Source of the DNA: Planctomycetota bacterium
Lineage (GTDB): Bacteria > Planctomycetota > UBA1135 > UBA2386
DNA: 64,000 nucleotides
Direction of reading: 5' to 3'
Assembly (NCBI GenBank): GCA_965223545.1
Contig: OZ245006.1
Location: forward strand, 7,776,001-7,840,000
Positions 34,274 through 43,352 of the stretch are shown piece by piece; within the stretch, counting starts at the first letter, position 1, and each line of letters begins with the position of its first letter. The translations under genes and the position numbers were made by a program. The notes under the pieces were generated by a model, which ran no database searches, had not been told where the DNA came from, and was given only the letters and a program-made list of their open reading frames with translations.

Positions 34274-34842
34274 AGCTCTACAACACGAGATCGCGAGAGG
34301 TCGAGACCGTCCAGCCACACACACCGGGCTTCGTCCGGATGTACACTTGCAGACCGACCGTCTACTCGACGCCGCACATCGGCAACTTCCGCTCGTTCCT
34401 GGTCGCCGACCTCATTCGTCGTGTGCTCGAAGACCAGGGCTACAGCGTACGCCACGTGATGAACATCACCGACGTCGGCCACATGACCGCGGACGACGTC
34501 GACAAGATCCAGGCCGCGGCCGACAAGCGCGGGTCAACGCCGGAGGAGATCGCGCGCTACCACGAAGAGGAGTTCCTGTGGTGCATGCGCGCGCTCCGGT
34601 GTCGGATGCCGCATGTTCTGCCGCGAGCGTCGGAGTTTGTGCCTGGCATGCTGAGGACCGTGGGCCGCCTGCTGAAGAACGGGCACGCCTACATCTCCAA
34701 CGGTAGCGTCTACTTCACGTCGTCACCTTCGATGGCTTCTGCGGGGTTGAGGGCCCACTTTCCCATCACGGCCAACACCCGTTCCCAGCTTGGCGTCTCG
34801 AGGAGGTCGTCGAGGCTAGACATGGCGCGTTGTCTTGCGTGA
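34270..34842 (+). pseudogene. cysS: N-terminal fragment of cysteinyl-tRNA synthetase
   Basis: MKLYNT, MYTCRPTVY, HIGN, NITDVGH, DK, PRASE, AY...SVYF; similarity stops near 34716; no KMSKS or anticodon domain. Confidence 0.8.
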
Positions 34843-35282
34843 TGTGAGGAGTGGGCCATCGTCAACTTCTCGGGGTGGGGGCGTCCGCACCATCTGCTAC
34901 GAAAGGTTGGCGCTGGCGCCACTTCGTTCAGTGTGTTCGCAAGCGCGCTCTGCAGCATGTTCCAGTGCTCCATCGTCGTCGCGATTGCGCACCATAGACG
35001 GACATTCACTTGCCTGGGCTCAGGCAGGTCTGGCTTTGCGATGCACGCGAGCGCCTCCAGACCGATCAGGGTCCCCTGACAGTCGACATCCGCGACAACC
35101 TTTCCGCCAGCGAGGATCTTCTGCTGCACTCCGCCGGCGTTGGACACCTGCAGCGCAAGATACGAACAGGAAATCCGTCGCCCCTCCGGTCCGTCCTCCA
35201 CAGAGAAGCTGAGACGGGCTTCTGGCAACCTCACGTACTCGTCAGGGAGGATGTCGAATCTGATCCGGTCCGACTTGCTCAT
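34710..35282 (-). CDS. Hypothetical protein with DUF2283-like segment
   Basis: VVADVDCQGTLIGLEAL; own candidate promoter CTGGCA-17nt-TACACT (35351-35323). Confidence 0.5.
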   Translation of the reverse strand: MSKSDRIRFDILPDEYVRLPEARLSFSVEDGPEGRRISCSYLALQVSNAGGVQQKILAGGKVVADVDCQGTLIGLEALACIAKPDLPEPRQVNVRLWCAIATTMEHWNMLQSALANTLNEVAPAPTFRSRWCGRPHPEKLTMAHSSHHARQRAMSSLDDLLETPSWERVLAVMGKWALNPAEAIEGDDVK

Positions 35283-35401
35283 GTTTGCCCCTGTCTCCAG
35301 CAGGGTTTTGGGAGGTGTGAGCAGTGTACCGGCTTGCCCTAGCCCTGCCAGATCGCCCAAAATCACCCTCGAGATAGCTGGGCGGCCGAGCGCGAGCACG
35401 C

Positions 35402-35977
35402 ATGGCCGCGAAGAAGCGCGGGGCAAAGTCCGGGAAAGCCGGGAGCCCCAAAAAAAAGCGAGGCACCGATTACCGGTGGAGCACAGACGCGTTCTGCGCT
35501 GCCCTTGAGGAGCGAGGGACGGTCAAGGCTGCGTGTGACGCCCTCGGAATCGGCAAGTCGTCGGCCTACCGCCGGCGTAGTGCGCAGCCAGAGTTCGCCA
35601 AGGCGTGGGACGAGGCACTGGGCCCGTACCTCGACGATCTCGAGGAGGTCTTCCGCGACAAGGCGCGGCACGGCTGGGAGGAGGTGACCGAGGTCACGCT
35701 CTACAAGAAGGACGGCGAAGGCGCGGGCGAGCAGGAGATCCTCGTGGAGCGTCGAGTCGTGACCAAGTGGTCGCCGACGCCGGGCATCTTTCTGCTCAAG
35801 CACAGGCGACCGGAGGTCTTCATGGAGCGGGTGGTCGCCGGCCGCTTGCTCGCCGAGAGTGGTCAGGACCCGCTCGAGGTCGCCCGGCAGCTTGAGGAGC
35901 TTGGTCGTCAGATCCGCGAGACAGTGGCTCGGAAGCCCGACGAGGGCGAGGACCCGCACGAGGACGGGTTCGGGTAG
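35402..35977 (+). CDS. Terminase small subunit
   Basis: HTH GTVKAACDALGIGKSSAYRRR..PEFAKAWDEA, FLLKHRRPE; precedes TerL. Confidence 0.8.
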   Translation: MAAKKRGAKSGKAGSPKKKRGTDYRWSTDAFCAALEERGTVKAACDALGIGKSSAYRRRSAQPEFAKAWDEALGPYLDDLEEVFRDKARHGWEEVTEVTLYKKDGEGAGEQEILVERRVVTKWSPTPGIFLLKHRRPEVFMERVVAGRLLAESGQDPLEVARQLEELGRQIRETVARKPDEGEDPHEDGFG

Positions 35978-37320
35978 TGCGTGCGCAGGCGTTGACCCCG
36001 CGGTGGCGGCCGCTGAGCTACCACCCCGCGCAATACGCGCTGTACTGGGCCTCACGCAGCCGGTTCCGGATCGTCCCGGCGGGTCGTCGATCGGGGAAGA
36101 CCGAGATTGCCAAGCGGTGGGTCGTAGCCCGGGCCTGCCGGACGTCGTGTGTTGGCCGGAAGTATGCATTCGCCGCACCGACGCGGGATCAGGCGAAACG
36201 CATCTACTGGATTGACCTCAAGGCGCTGGTGCCAGCGGCGTGGGTCAGCCAGGTTAGCGAAACCGAGCTGACCATCGTCCTGCGTAACGGCACGCGCCTC
36301 TGCGTGGTCGGGATGGACCGGCCAGAGCGCATCGAGGGCGAGCCGCTCGATGGCATCGTGCTCGACGAGTACGCCAACATGAAGCAGGAGACGTGGATGG
36401 CTCACGTCTTCCCTGCGCTCAACACTCCGGGTCGCCCTCCTGGCTGGGCGTGGTTCATCGGCGTCCCCGAGGGTCGCAACCACTACTGGGAGCTATGGCA
36501 GGATGTGCCTCGGCTGCAAGCTCTTGGCGAGAGTTGGGACCGTTTCACGTGGAAATCGGCGGACATCATGTCGCCGGAGCAGCTGGAGACGCTGCGCCGC
36601 TCGATGGACGAGCGCACGTTCCGCCAGGAGCTCGAGGGCAGCTTCGAGAGCTTCGCCGGCCTCGCCTACTACAACTGGTCCGACGCCAACGTCGCCCCGG
36701 TCGCCCAGCTCTACGACGCCTCCCGCCCGCTGATCTTCTGCTTCGACTTCAACACGAGCCCCGGCGTCTGCATCGTCGCCCAGCACTGGCAGGGCCAGAA
36801 GATCACGCCCGAGCAGGCCGACGACGGCTGCACGATCGTCATCGCCGAGACCTGGATCGAGAAGCACAGCAACACACCGATGGTGTGTCGGGCTGTCCTG
36901 AACGAGTGGGGGATGCATCCGGGCGAGGTGCATGTCTACGGCGACGCAACAGGCGGGGCAAAGGGCACGACCGCGGTCCTGGGCTCGGATTGGGACATCA
37001 TCGAACGCGAGTTCGCGCGTGCGTTTGGCCAACGGCTAAGCATGCGCAATCGGACGCAGAACTCCGACGAGCGCGCGCGAGTGAACGCCGTCAACAGCCG
37101 AGTGCAATCGACCGATGGCAAGATCCGCCTATACGTCGACCCCAAATACTCGGCAAAGACGATTCGCGACTTCGAACAAGTCGAGACAGTCGAAGGCAGT
37201 GGCGAGCTTCTGAAAGTGCAAGGTGGCCCATTGACTCACGCGACTGACGCGTTGGGATACTACATCGCCGACAAGTTCCCGGTGAGTGGCACCGAGCTTT
37301 GGTCGGCGGATGTTGCATGA
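35977..37320 (+). CDS. Terminase large subunit
   Basis: AGRRSGKT Walker A, APTRDQA, VLDE Walker B, DFN, YGDATG, HATDALGY. Confidence 0.95.
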   Translation: MRAQALTPRWRPLSYHPAQYALYWASRSRFRIVPAGRRSGKTEIAKRWVVARACRTSCVGRKYAFAAPTRDQAKRIYWIDLKALVPAAWVSQVSETELTIVLRNGTRLCVVGMDRPERIEGEPLDGIVLDEYANMKQETWMAHVFPALNTPGRPPGWAWFIGVPEGRNHYWELWQDVPRLQALGESWDRFTWKSADIMSPEQLETLRRSMDERTFRQELEGSFESFAGLAYYNWSDANVAPVAQLYDASRPLIFCFDFNTSPGVCIVAQHWQGQKITPEQADDGCTIVIAETWIEKHSNTPMVCRAVLNEWGMHPGEVHVYGDATGGAKGTTAVLGSDWDIIEREFARAFGQRLSMRNRTQNSDERARVNAVNSRVQSTDGKIRLYVDPKYSAKTIRDFEQVETVEGSGELLKVQGGPLTHATDALGYYIADKFPVSGTELWSADVA

Positions 37321-38912
37321 GCAACCACCAAGACGCCGCACAGCGCCAACCGCGGCTAACGCAGCTCGCGGGCATTCACCTGCCGTCCGATCCGGAGAAG
37401 GCGACGGTTGCGTCAGCGTGTCCAGCGTTCTGGCGCATGTTGCCCTTCTTCGACTTCGCCGACGACTTCGTCGATGGTGACGATGCGATCCAGGCAGCGA
37501 CTTCGACGTACTTGCCGAGGTACGCTGCCGAGAAGCCCCAGGATTACCAGCGCCGGCTCTCGGGCACAGTGCTGACGCCTGGGTTTGCGCGCGCCGTCGA
37601 CGCGAACAGCTTGCGGCCGTTCGAGAAGTCTGTGAAGGTGCAACAGGGTTGCGACGACGCGGGCGAGCCGTGTCCGCTGCCGTACCCGCTTGATCGCATC
37701 GAGAAGCGGGTGTCCGGCGGTGACGAAGACCTAACCGCGTTCGCGCGCTCGCTGCTCTTCGATGGCACGAAGTACGGGCCTGCTGGCTTCCTCGTGGACA
37801 TGCCGGAGGTGTTGGATGGCACCAGTCCGGCCGACGTCGAGCGTCAACGGCTGTGGCCTGGGTTCCGGGCGATCCCTGCGCGCGACCTGTTCTGGTGGTC
37901 CGAGGGCGTGGACGAGGCGGGCGACCCCACAATCGACGCCATTCGCTGGCTCGACCTTCGCTCTGAGCGTGTCGGGCTCTACGGCATGCGTGAGTTCCCG
38001 ATTATCCGCTCTATGTCGGCGCCCGAGTTTGGCGAGCGCGGAATGTGGACGACGCATGTGCTCGAGGGCAGTGGTACCGACGCACAGTGGGTGCTTGAGG
38101 AGAGCGGCGAGCACGAGTTCCCCGGGCTCCCGTTCGTCTGGGGTCAGTTCGGCCCGCGCAAGGCCAAGCGCATCTACGAGTGTCGGCCGCCGCTCTACCA
38201 CATCGCGCGAATGAACCTGGCGCACCTGCGGTCCGCGAGCCGGCAGTCGCAGTACGTCGAACGAGTGCGAATCGCGACGGCGTTCCTCTCTGGCGTCGAC
38301 AAGACGGAACTGGAAGAGGGGCTTTTGGTCGGACCGAATCAGATCAAGGGCGTCAAGAACCCGAACGCCAAGCTGTCATTCCACGAGCATTCGGGCGCGG
38401 CTGCGCAGACTGGCTGGGACGACCTCGACCGCTGGGAACTCAAGATGGCGGTCGCGAGCCTCGAGCCCTTGCGCAGCAAGACCGGCACGCCGACCGCGAC
38501 CGGCAAGGCGATCGACACCGCCGAGAGCACGTCCGACATCCAGTCGCGCGTGCGGCTGCTCGAGATCATGCTGGAGCGCGGCTACGAGCACGCTGCTACG
38601 TGGGCCAAGGAAGAGCTGCCCGAAGGCTGGGGAATCGACATCTGGGCCTCGTTCCGGCTGTCGCTGACCACGGGCGAGGATCTCGACCGGATCATGAAGC
38701 TGCATGAGCGCGGCGGCATCTCGACGGTCACGATGACGAGCGAGTTCGTTGCGCGAGGGGCCCTGAGCGACCGCGTTGATCCCGAGGCCGAGATCGAGCG
38801 GCGGAAGGAGGAGGCGCAGGCTGAGCTGGAGCTTGCGAGGTTCGCGATCGACGACGATGGCGATCAGGGGCAGGGCGAGCCCGATCCGGAGGGCAAGGAT
38901 GACGCAGCCTGA
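37317..38912 (+). CDS. Portal protein (DUF4055 type)
   Basis: YLPR...Y..RL, GFLVDMP, PPLYHIARMNLAH, TAT motif; follows TerL. Confidence 0.88.
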   Translation: MSNHQDAAQRQPRLTQLAGIHLPSDPEKATVASACPAFWRMLPFFDFADDFVDGDDAIQAATSTYLPRYAAEKPQDYQRRLSGTVLTPGFARAVDANSLRPFEKSVKVQQGCDDAGEPCPLPYPLDRIEKRVSGGDEDLTAFARSLLFDGTKYGPAGFLVDMPEVLDGTSPADVERQRLWPGFRAIPARDLFWWSEGVDEAGDPTIDAIRWLDLRSERVGLYGMREFPIIRSMSAPEFGERGMWTTHVLEGSGTDAQWVLEESGEHEFPGLPFVWGQFGPRKAKRIYECRPPLYHIARMNLAHLRSASRQSQYVERVRIATAFLSGVDKTELEEGLLVGPNQIKGVKNPNAKLSFHEHSGAAAQTGWDDLDRWELKMAVASLEPLRSKTGTPTATGKAIDTAESTSDIQSRVRLLEIMLERGYEHAATWAKEELPEGWGIDIWASFRLSLTTGEDLDRIMKLHERGGISTVTMTSEFVARGALSDRVDPEAEIERRKEEAQAELELARFAIDDDGDQGQGEPDPEGKDDAA

Positions 38913-39396
38913 GAGCGTTGGGCGGACGTGTTACGACTGTGCGCTTCTACGCGTGCACCAGACAGGGTACAGCGACTACACCCCGACCGGTGAGGTGGTG
39001 ACGTGTGCGCTAGGCCACTTCGACCGAAGAAAGTCGGACGATTATGGTCCGCGCTCCCTGCTCCACTACGACGATTCGTCCCCCTCGCTTGAGGAACTCC
39101 CGAATCTCTGCGGCGCGTTCATGGCGGGGGAGCCCGAGACTCGCTCCGTCGACGACGACTGGTGGGATCAGTTTCGCCCTGACTCGAAACGATGGGGGGA
39201 TGTGCTGCTGGCCAACAAGGCCAGGTGCCTCCGCTGTGACGAAACGGTTGAAAGCGCAGATCGATGTGGCGCGTGGTGGGCGCAGTGCACGTGCGGGAAT
39301 GTCCAGGTATCTGGAGGTCTGGACTTCGAAGGGCGGAAAGTCGAGAACCCCGGGCTGTTCGTGGAGCTGAGCGAGCGATCGGGAGATGAGGACTGA
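38899..39396 (+). CDS. Zn-ribbon protein (NKARC..C...CTCGNV.V.GG)
   Basis: Paralogous motif with 39966-40538. Confidence 0.6.
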   Translation: MTQPESVGRTCYDCALLRVHQTGYSDYTPTGEVVTCALGHFDRRKSDDYGPRSLLHYDDSSPSLEELPNLCGAFMAGEPETRSVDDDWWDQFRPDSKRWGDVLLANKARCLRCDETVESADRCGAWWAQCTCGNVQVSGGLDFEGRKVENPGLFVELSERSGDED

Positions 39397-39662
39397 TGCA
39401 GGCTCTCGACTGGCACGCCGACCTCACGGTTGAAGGCTTCCGCCTGCGCGAAGGCGAGAAGCCGACCGACGCTCACTTTGCCAACCAGGAGGCTGAGATC
39501 GGCCTGATGCCGCGCGGCACTGCGGAGGGGCGGCCCACGGTCATGCTCAAGGCACGCACAGCGGGCGGGGAGCTTGTGATCGTCGAGACGACGTTGCGGC
39601 TGTTGGCTACGGCGGTGGACGCCATGCGGGCCTACCAGGCGGGCGAAGAGCAGAGGAACTGA
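39396..39662 (+). CDS. Hypothetical protein
   Basis: GTAEGRPTVML...IVETTLRL; coupled. Confidence 0.65.
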   Translation: MQALDWHADLTVEGFRLREGEKPTDAHFANQEAEIGLMPRGTAEGRPTVMLKARTAGGELVIVETTLRLLATAVDAMRAYQAGEEQRN

Positions 39663-39666
39663 TCCG

Positions 39667-39969
39667 ATGCAGATTGGCACGCGCCGCACGTTCTCCGTCC
39701 ATCGCTACATCGGAGGAGGCATCGAGAGTGGTTGGATGGTCTGGATCTACTGCCCGGGATGCGAGGCCGCGCACGCTCTGCAGGTGCCCCGCTGGTCGTT
39801 CAACGGAAGCTACGACGCGCCGACCTTCACGCCATCGCTCCTGACCCGGGGCGAGAAGCTGTGCCACTTGTTCATCACCGATGGAAGGCTGCGTTTCCTG
39901 GGCGACTGTGAGCACGACTTGGCGAACCAGGTCGTTGACTTGCCCGATCTTCCGGAGTGGTTGCAGTGA
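39667..39969 (+). CDS. DUF6527-like protein
   Basis: CPGC...H...WSFNGS.DAPTFTPSLL...CHLFITDG...FLGDCEH. Confidence 0.75.
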   Translation: MQIGTRRTFSVHRYIGGGIESGWMVWIYCPGCEAAHALQVPRWSFNGSYDAPTFTPSLLTRGEKLCHLFITDGRLRFLGDCEHDLANQVVDLPDLPEWLQ

Positions 39970-40538
39970 CACGGATCATCACGAACAAGGCCAAGTGCAA
40001 ATGCTGCGGCGAGGTCGTTGAGAGCCACTCCTCCCCCTCGAACTACGAGACATGCTCCTGCGGCAACCTGTGCGTAGGTGGCGGACAAAAGAACATCCTG
40101 AGGGCGGCTAGCCGCTGGGACATGTACGAGGAACTGAGCGAGATCCGAAGCATCGACGACGAGGATGTCCGCCTCGAACAACTCCCTGCCCCTGGTCCGC
40201 GTCCGGATCGGCATGTCTATCGTTTTGATGGCGTCGACCCTCGCGGAGAACGCACGCCACGACACTTCACAGCCATCATTCTGGCTACTCGGAAGGATGG
40301 TTCACCAGTGAGCAAGGTCTACTCAACCGACCCGCACCGGGCCGTTAACGGGCCGCTCAGGTTTGAGGGTGGGACTGCGGTCATGGAGTTCGATGAAGAG
40401 ATCAACATCAACTTCATGGAGATCCAGAAGCACCAGAGCGCCCACCACTCGGTGGAAGCGATTTCGTGGGAAGTGCAGACGCCCGTGCCCTGGGAGAAGC
40501 GAGAGCTGGGGGACATGATCCAGCTGGAGGTCAAGTAG
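39966..40538 (+). CDS. Zn-ribbon protein (NKAKCKCCG...CSCGNL.VGGG)
   Basis: GTGA overlap; motif shared with 38899-39396. Confidence 0.6.
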   Translation: MTRIITNKAKCKCCGEVVESHSSPSNYETCSCGNLCVGGGQKNILRAASRWDMYEELSEIRSIDDEDVRLEQLPAPGPRPDRHVYRFDGVDPRGERTPRHFTAIILATRKDGSPVSKVYSTDPHRAVNGPLRFEGGTAVMEFDEEININFMEIQKHQSAHHSVEAISWEVQTPVPWEKRELGDMIQLEVK

Positions 40539-40924
40539 TGGCCGCCAGAGATCCGGACGCACCCTCGTTCGATCGACGCTTCGTCGTCGATCGCGATGGT
40601 TGGGTCTACAGCCTGCCGACAGACGAGACTCGCAGCGTCCCTGAACTGGAAGACGCTGGTTTCACGGTGCTACGCGGGTCGGCCCCGCTGCAGTTCTGGA
40701 ATGGCGCTGCCTTTGTCCCGCCCGGCGAGTTGCAGCCAGGCTCTAGCGATCCCTCCTCGCCGAAGTTCCTGGTCAAGGACGCGGCGGAGAAAGCCAGCCA
40801 CCTCACCGCCGCCGCGGCTGGCATGGAGTGGGATGCGAAGCAGGTGGCTCTCGTCGTCGAACAGGTGTTCGAGGAGCTCGGGATTGGCGACGTGCCCTCG
40901 GATGACGCCCTGGAGTTCATGTGA
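40538..40924 (+). CDS. Hypothetical protein
   Basis: GGAGG RBS, TAGTG coupling. Confidence 0.5.
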   Translation: MAARDPDAPSFDRRFVVDRDGWVYSLPTDETRSVPELEDAGFTVLRGSAPLQFWNGAAFVPPGELQPGSSDPSSPKFLVKDAAEKASHLTAAAAGMEWDAKQVALVVEQVFEELGIGDVPSDDALEFM

Positions 40925-41337
40925 TCTCCGCCGACGAACTCGCCCGCTGCAAGGCCGCCATCCCTGCGATGAAGCACCGCCTCGGTCTGCATGACTGGCA
41001 CATCGAAGTGCTCTGGGGCAAGACCGAGGCAGACGTGCGCGGGGTGTGCACAGCCACGCCGCGCTACCGAACTGCGACGATCCGCATCGACGAGACCGAG
41101 CACGACGACGGCGAGAGTGTGCTACGCACTCTGCGGCATGAGATGCTGCACATCGCTACGTCCGAGTTCGAGCCGATGTACGACGGCGCGATCGCGCTGG
41201 CGCGGTCCGACGGCGAGCGTGAGCTGATCCAATGCTTGCATCAGGAGTGCGGCGACCGCCTCGTGCTGATGCTCGAGCGGATGCTGGAGCACGGTCTTGG
41301 CGTGACGCTGGAAGCCCTGGCGGAGGAGGTCGCATGA
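40921..41337 (+). CDS. Small zincin-like metallopeptidase
   Basis: LGLHDWHI...TLRHEMLH (HExxH). Confidence 0.65.
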   Translation: MISADELARCKAAIPAMKHRLGLHDWHIEVLWGKTEADVRGVCTATPRYRTATIRIDETEHDDGESVLRTLRHEMLHIATSEFEPMYDGAIALARSDGERELIQCLHQECGDRLVLMLERMLEHGLGVTLEALAEEVA

Positions 41338-41442
41338 GCCGCGGTCTGTTCGAGCTGCCGAAATGGGAGGCTGCTGGCTGCGTGGTGTCGTGTTGGGAGC
41401 AGGGACTGCATGGATCCTTCGATGTTTCGGAGGCTGTGGCCG

Positions 41443-41727
41443 ATGGATGAGTACGTCGTTACAGCCCTGAGTTTCGTCATCGGCATCGGGCTAGCGGGCG
41501 GCATCGTCATCCTCTGGGATGGCGTGACGGTGGACATGCGCCTATTCCGCGCACTGTTGCATCCGCACATCTACGTCGTGGAGCAGAAGTTACTCACGGC
41601 GTCGATGTCTCTGCGGTGCATCGCGAAGACCGCCTTGTGGATGCTCTGGCTGCGAGGTGAGGCGCGCACATTCAAGACCGAGGAAGGGCGGCAGTGGATG
41701 GCTTTGCCTCGGGAGGGAGTGGCGTGA
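41443..41727 (+). CDS. Small membrane protein
   Basis: GGAGG RBS; N-terminal hydrophobic helix. Confidence 0.45.
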   Translation: MDEYVVTALSFVIGIGLAGGIVILWDGVTVDMRLFRALLHPHIYVVEQKLLTASMSLRCIAKTALWMLWLRGEARTFKTEEGRQWMALPREGVA

Positions 41728-42455
41728 GGTACGTGCCCACGACAAGTCTTCCGGAGATGCAGTGGCGCAAGCTTCCAGGCCCACCGACGCGTTCGTGGAC
41801 TCTCGTTCCCGAGTGTGTGGAGCTAGCTCGGGTCGTGCCGACATGGGAAGTCGGCGAGTTGGTTGAGGAAATCAGTGTCTACGCCGCAAGCCCTGAGTTT
41901 GTTCGTCGGAACTGTGGACCGGTCGCCAACAAGATTCTCGACAGCATTCCTGCTGACTACTTCGAGCGGTGCCGGTCACTCGGGATGCTGCCGAACATCG
42001 ACTTCCGCGTACACCGTCTGAACGTGGGGGAGTACCCTGCCGTACCAGGGTGGCATTGCGACGGCGTTCGACGAGAGACCTACCACGGCCAGCCTGATCC
42101 TGACCGCATCACGATTCGCGACACGGTGCTGTGTTGCGTATCGAGCGGGGATGTCTGCAACCCCGAGATCGCGGTCGAGCCGTTGACCGTTGAGATTCTC
42201 GAGAGTCCCCGGAGTGACTCTGCCCTCTGGAGTCACGTCAACGATCAAGTGCCTGACGAGATGCCTCGCATGGTGCTATCGGACGGGGTCGTCATGCAGA
42301 TCGGTGCGACCACGTTGCACCGAGTACGACCAGCACAGAAGCGCGGAGTCCGTGCACTGTTTCGCATGAGCATGTGGCACAACGACTACCTGGGCGACGG
42401 CGGCAAGATCGCGAACCAACAGCAGGTCTACCTCGTCAACGAAGGTGGGTGGTGA
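41724..42455 (+). CDS. 2OG-Fe(II) dioxygenase-like protein
   Basis: RVHRL..G.YPAVPGWHCDG (HxD), LHR, R.LFRMS. Confidence 0.65.
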   Translation: MRYVPTTSLPEMQWRKLPGPPTRSWTLVPECVELARVVPTWEVGELVEEISVYAASPEFVRRNCGPVANKILDSIPADYFERCRSLGMLPNIDFRVHRLNVGEYPAVPGWHCDGVRRETYHGQPDPDRITIRDTVLCCVSSGDVCNPEIAVEPLTVEILESPRSDSALWSHVNDQVPDEMPRMVLSDGVVMQIGATTLHRVRPAQKRGVRALFRMSMWHNDYLGDGGKIANQQQVYLVNEGGW

Positions 42456-42457
42456 CG

Positions 42458-42784
42458 ATGGCCGACCTCGCTCTCTTGGTTCTTCTGTGCGTCTGCGTCT
42501 TCTTCCTTTGGTCGCAGGCCCATGGGAGTCGGCGGATCGCTCGGTTGTTTGCGCAGAAGAAAGTCGCTCTCGCCGCCCCGCTCGAGCTCTCGACCGAGGA
42601 CTTCTTCGACCAGGCGATGGCCGTGATTGATGGCGCGCTGTTCCCCTCACCCTGCTGCCTTGAGGCGCTGTTCTGGCGCACCGATAGCCCAGGGCAAGAA
42701 TGCTCGTGTGGCCGCAAGTGGGTTTTGCGCCGTGCGGAGGACTGCTGGGTGCTCAAGGAGGTCGCTGATGACGAAGCCCGATAG
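42458..42784 (+). CDS. Membrane-anchored Cys-containing protein
   Basis: N-terminal TM segment; PCC...CSCG. Confidence 0.5.
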   Translation: MADLALLVLLCVCVFFLWSQAHGSRRIARLFAQKKVALAAPLELSTEDFFDQAMAVIDGALFPSPCCLEALFWRTDSPGQECSCGRKWVLRRAEDCWVLKEVADDEAR

Positions 42785-43352
42785 CTCGCCGTCGCCCTAC
42801 GGCTTCTGCCCGAAGTGTGGCGCTCCTGGCAAGACCCGAGAGCGGCGCCCGGACGGAAACGACAAGTGCTCGAAGGGCCACTCGTATCCGAGCAAGCAGG
42901 CGGTGCCTTCAAGCGGAGGGAATGTAAGGCACCGAGAAGCCAGCGTACTCATTGACAGAACACCCTCCGACGGAGAGGTCCTCATCGAAGAGCGCACCGG
43001 CCTCTTTCTTCCAGTTGTCGCCTTCGATGTCGGCGTAGAGACTTTTTCGTGCTCGTCAGACGCCCCTGAACTCGACGCGGCCCTCGCCAACATGGTCGCC
43101 ACCGCAACCGGCACCGGCCGAGAGAGTAGCGTTCGTGGCGATTTGATGATTACTCGGAAGCGTCCAGTGCTGGTTGCGCATGTTGTCCTCTGGTCCAGGA
43201 TCCCCGAGTGCCTGACACTTTCGGTGAGGGGTGGCGGTCTTTGTGCGGCACAAGACCCAGAGTTGGTCTTCGATGGAGTAACCCGCATGCGTCGATGCGG
43301 CGGGGAGGTTGCTTCCTGGTCGACGACGCGTTTCCGCTGGGCTGAGGACTGA
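42768..43352 (+). CDS. Hypothetical protein with N-terminal Zn finger
   Basis: YGFCPKCGAPGKTRERRPDGNDKCSKGHSYPS. Confidence 0.55.
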   Translation: MTKPDSSPSPYGFCPKCGAPGKTRERRPDGNDKCSKGHSYPSKQAVPSSGGNVRHREASVLIDRTPSDGEVLIEERTGLFLPVVAFDVGVETFSCSSDAPELDAALANMVATATGTGRESSVRGDLMITRKRPVLVAHVVLWSRIPECLTLSVRGGGLCAAQDPELVFDGVTRMRRCGGEVASWSTTRFRWAED

